A stretch of 55,939 nt of DNA, counting the filler, from Squatina squatina (taxonomy: Eukaryota): the NCBI GenBank assembly GCA_031763465.1. It is 3 parts of 2 records of this genome, joined end to end, with 100 filler letters (N's around TTAATTAATTAA, not from the genome) between each part and the next. Parts side by side here need not be neighbours in the genome. Positions count along the whole stretch, not along the records: positions 38,512 to 55,939 come from JARFOE010000115.1; 2 more parts are not named here. The stretch is one strand, 5' to 3'. Under the pieces are notes generated by a model that worked only from the letters and a program-made list of their open reading frames with translations, was not told the DNA's origin and ran no database searches. Below, piece by piece: positions 53,995 through 55,939 of the stretch (position 1 is the stretch's first letter; each line of letters starts with the position of its first letter). Position numbers and translations under genes: made by a program.

Positions 53995-54425
53995 NNNNNN
54001 NNNNNNNNNNNNNNNNNNNNNNNNNNNNNNNNNNNNNNNNNNNNNNNNNNNNNNNNNNNNNNNNNNNNNNNNNNNNNNNNNNNNNNNNNNNNNNGGTTTA
54101 GCTATCATAGAAGAGTATGCCGTCAACATAAAACTGCCTGTAATTTGGCACTCATTGGGTACCCTCACTCAAGGATTGTTGGTATGGGAAATTAAAATAT
54201 AGGGTGCACATAACATTAGCCACTTTAGATTAACACATATTGTTAACTAAACATTTCTACCCTGCATCTAATCTATTGCGGTTCAAGTCCTGGGAAACCA
54301 GCAAAGGTCTTTCCAAAGTGATAAACTCACTGATTAAAGACAGCAGTTAGAACTTAGTTGTGACATATATTGAGGCAAAAGTTTCCATAATGTACACAAA
54401 CTGCATTTAGCTCTGAAACAGAAGG

Positions 54426-54431
54426 TTTATT
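54426..54431 (-). terminator. Candidate SPTBN1 poly(A) signal AATAAA
   Basis: TTTATT on the + strand ~1.1 kb past the stop, at the end of an AU-rich UTR-like tract. Confidence 0.4.
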
Positions 54432-55510
54432 GAAACTTATACAAGAATACCCATGGCACAGTAAGTTTTAAAAGCATTTAATGACATCGCACATTTTTAA
54501 ACAGATAGGGNNNNNNNNNNATACAACTGAAAGCCTGTTGTACTACATGACTACGGGCCCAGTCTTTGCAAGGATTCATTCCTATTATGTATCCTGATTG
54601 TGCAGTAAGATGAAATTTTCATTACAATAGTTACAGTGACAGAAGTACACACTATGTATCAAATAGTAAGGTAATGTAGCAAAATTATGACACGCAGTGC
54701 TTTAGCCAACAAGCAAATAACCATTTGAGTAACATTACTTTTCCAGAGAATGATCCCCACTTCAACACTTAACATCAATGCCTTGAAAGGTTTTAATATA
54801 CATCTAAAGTTTTATACTTTGTACTAGAATTATTTGAAACATACAGTATAATGCAACTGAGCAACAAAAAAGAAATATTNNNNNNNNNNNNNNNNNNNNN
54901 NNNNNNNNNNNNNNNNNNNNNNNNNNNNNNNNNNNNNNNNNNNNNNNNNNNNNNNNNNNNNNNNNNNNNNNNNNNNNNNNNNNNNNNNNNNNNNNNNNNN
55001 NNNNNNNNNNNNNNNNNNNNNNNNNNNNNNNNNNNNNNNNNNNNNNNNNNNNNNNNNNNNNNNNNNNNNNNNNNNNNNNNNNNNNNNNNNNNNNNNNNNN
55101 NNNNNNNNNNNNNNNNNNNNNNNNNNNNNNNNNNNNNNNGACAAGTATTTTGGATTTTTTTAATACACATTCCATGTGCACAATAAAAGTTTTCAAAAGC
55201 ACTGCTGCCTTGCATTCCAGTAGCACATGGATGTAAGTTGTTTTACTTCCAAGACAGCCTCACAAAATTGAGGAGAAATTTAGATGCTTGGACCCTAAAC
55301 TACATACAAATCAACAACTGGTCCTTTCGTTTTTAAATGAAAACTGCCCAATGCACCTCACATTCCACAGATTAGCAACGCTCTGATGCTCTCTGTAAAT
55401 TAAAACTAACTGGCTTGAGGGACATTAGGCACAGAGTGTAATGTACTGGTTCTAAACGCTCATGCTGGAGTTTTGTTGGAAATGTAAGAAGTGCAGGCTG
55501 CTGAGCTGCT

Positions 55511-55726
55511 CTACTTCTTCTTGCCAAACAGACTGAATCTCTTTTCTTTGTCTTTCTCTTTGTCTTTCTCTCGTCTGCCAGGGCTAGATTCACCAGCCAA
55601 CACGACACTAGCTGGCAGCGTCTGTGCACGGCTAGCTGCTGGGGTACTCTGACTGCTTGGAGAAGCCTCGGTCTTATCTGTAGACACAGCTGAAGTGATA
55701 GCTTGAATCCAGCTGTTCATTTCCTC
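55511..55726 (-). CDS. SPTBN1: Spectrin beta II last coding exon (end of PH domain and tail)
   Basis: AACAG|GAG GAA ATG; EEMNSWIQAITSAVS...STPAASRAQTLP...KDKEKDKEKRFSLFGKKK*. Confidence 0.95.
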   Translation of the reverse strand, partial: EEMNSWIQAITSAVSTDKTEASPSSQSTPAASRAQTLPASVVLAGESSPGRREKDKEKDKEKRFSLFGKKK

Positions 55727-55809
55727 CTGTTTAATGAAATAAAGTAGTCACTAAGTTAAAAGAAGACTTTTTCATAGTACTTACATCAATAAATGACCAC
55801 TGGAATGGC

Positions 55810-55939
55810 TTACATAGGATATACAGCACAGAAACAGGCCATTTAGCCCAACCAGTCCATGCTGACGTTTATGCTCCACTCAAGCCTCCTCCCGTCTTTC
55901 CACATCTTATCTCTTAACTTTCTATTCCTTCTCCCTCAG
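55810..55939 (-). mobile_element. CR1 3' tail
   Basis: Reverse complement of the same tail family as 46880-47010. Confidence 0.75.

Overview
This is vertebrate nuclear DNA, most likely from a cartilaginous fish (inferred from the CR1 tails, DeuSINE/LF-SINE-like elements and Harbinger families). It comes from a heavily gapped draft assembly and is not one continuous locus. Two artificial 44N-TTAATTAATTAA-44N spacers (19111-19210, 38412-38511) join three blocks. Block 1 holds the C-terminal ~270 codons of cannabinoid receptor CNR1 plus transposon debris. Block 2 holds SGPP2 exons, RNF228 and the 5' part of PAX3. Block 3 holds six EML6 exons and the last exon of SPTBN1. CNR1 and PAX3 exon 2 (and probably RNF228) break mid-exon into unrelated sequence, most likely through chimeric assembly. 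I found no convincing new biological system. The best leads are the CNR1/Harbinger junction, a PAX3 exon 3 acceptor lacking the Q+/Q- NAGNAG, back-to-back Harbinger termini and candidate PAX3 enhancers. Gene and repeat names come from recalled homology, not from database searches.
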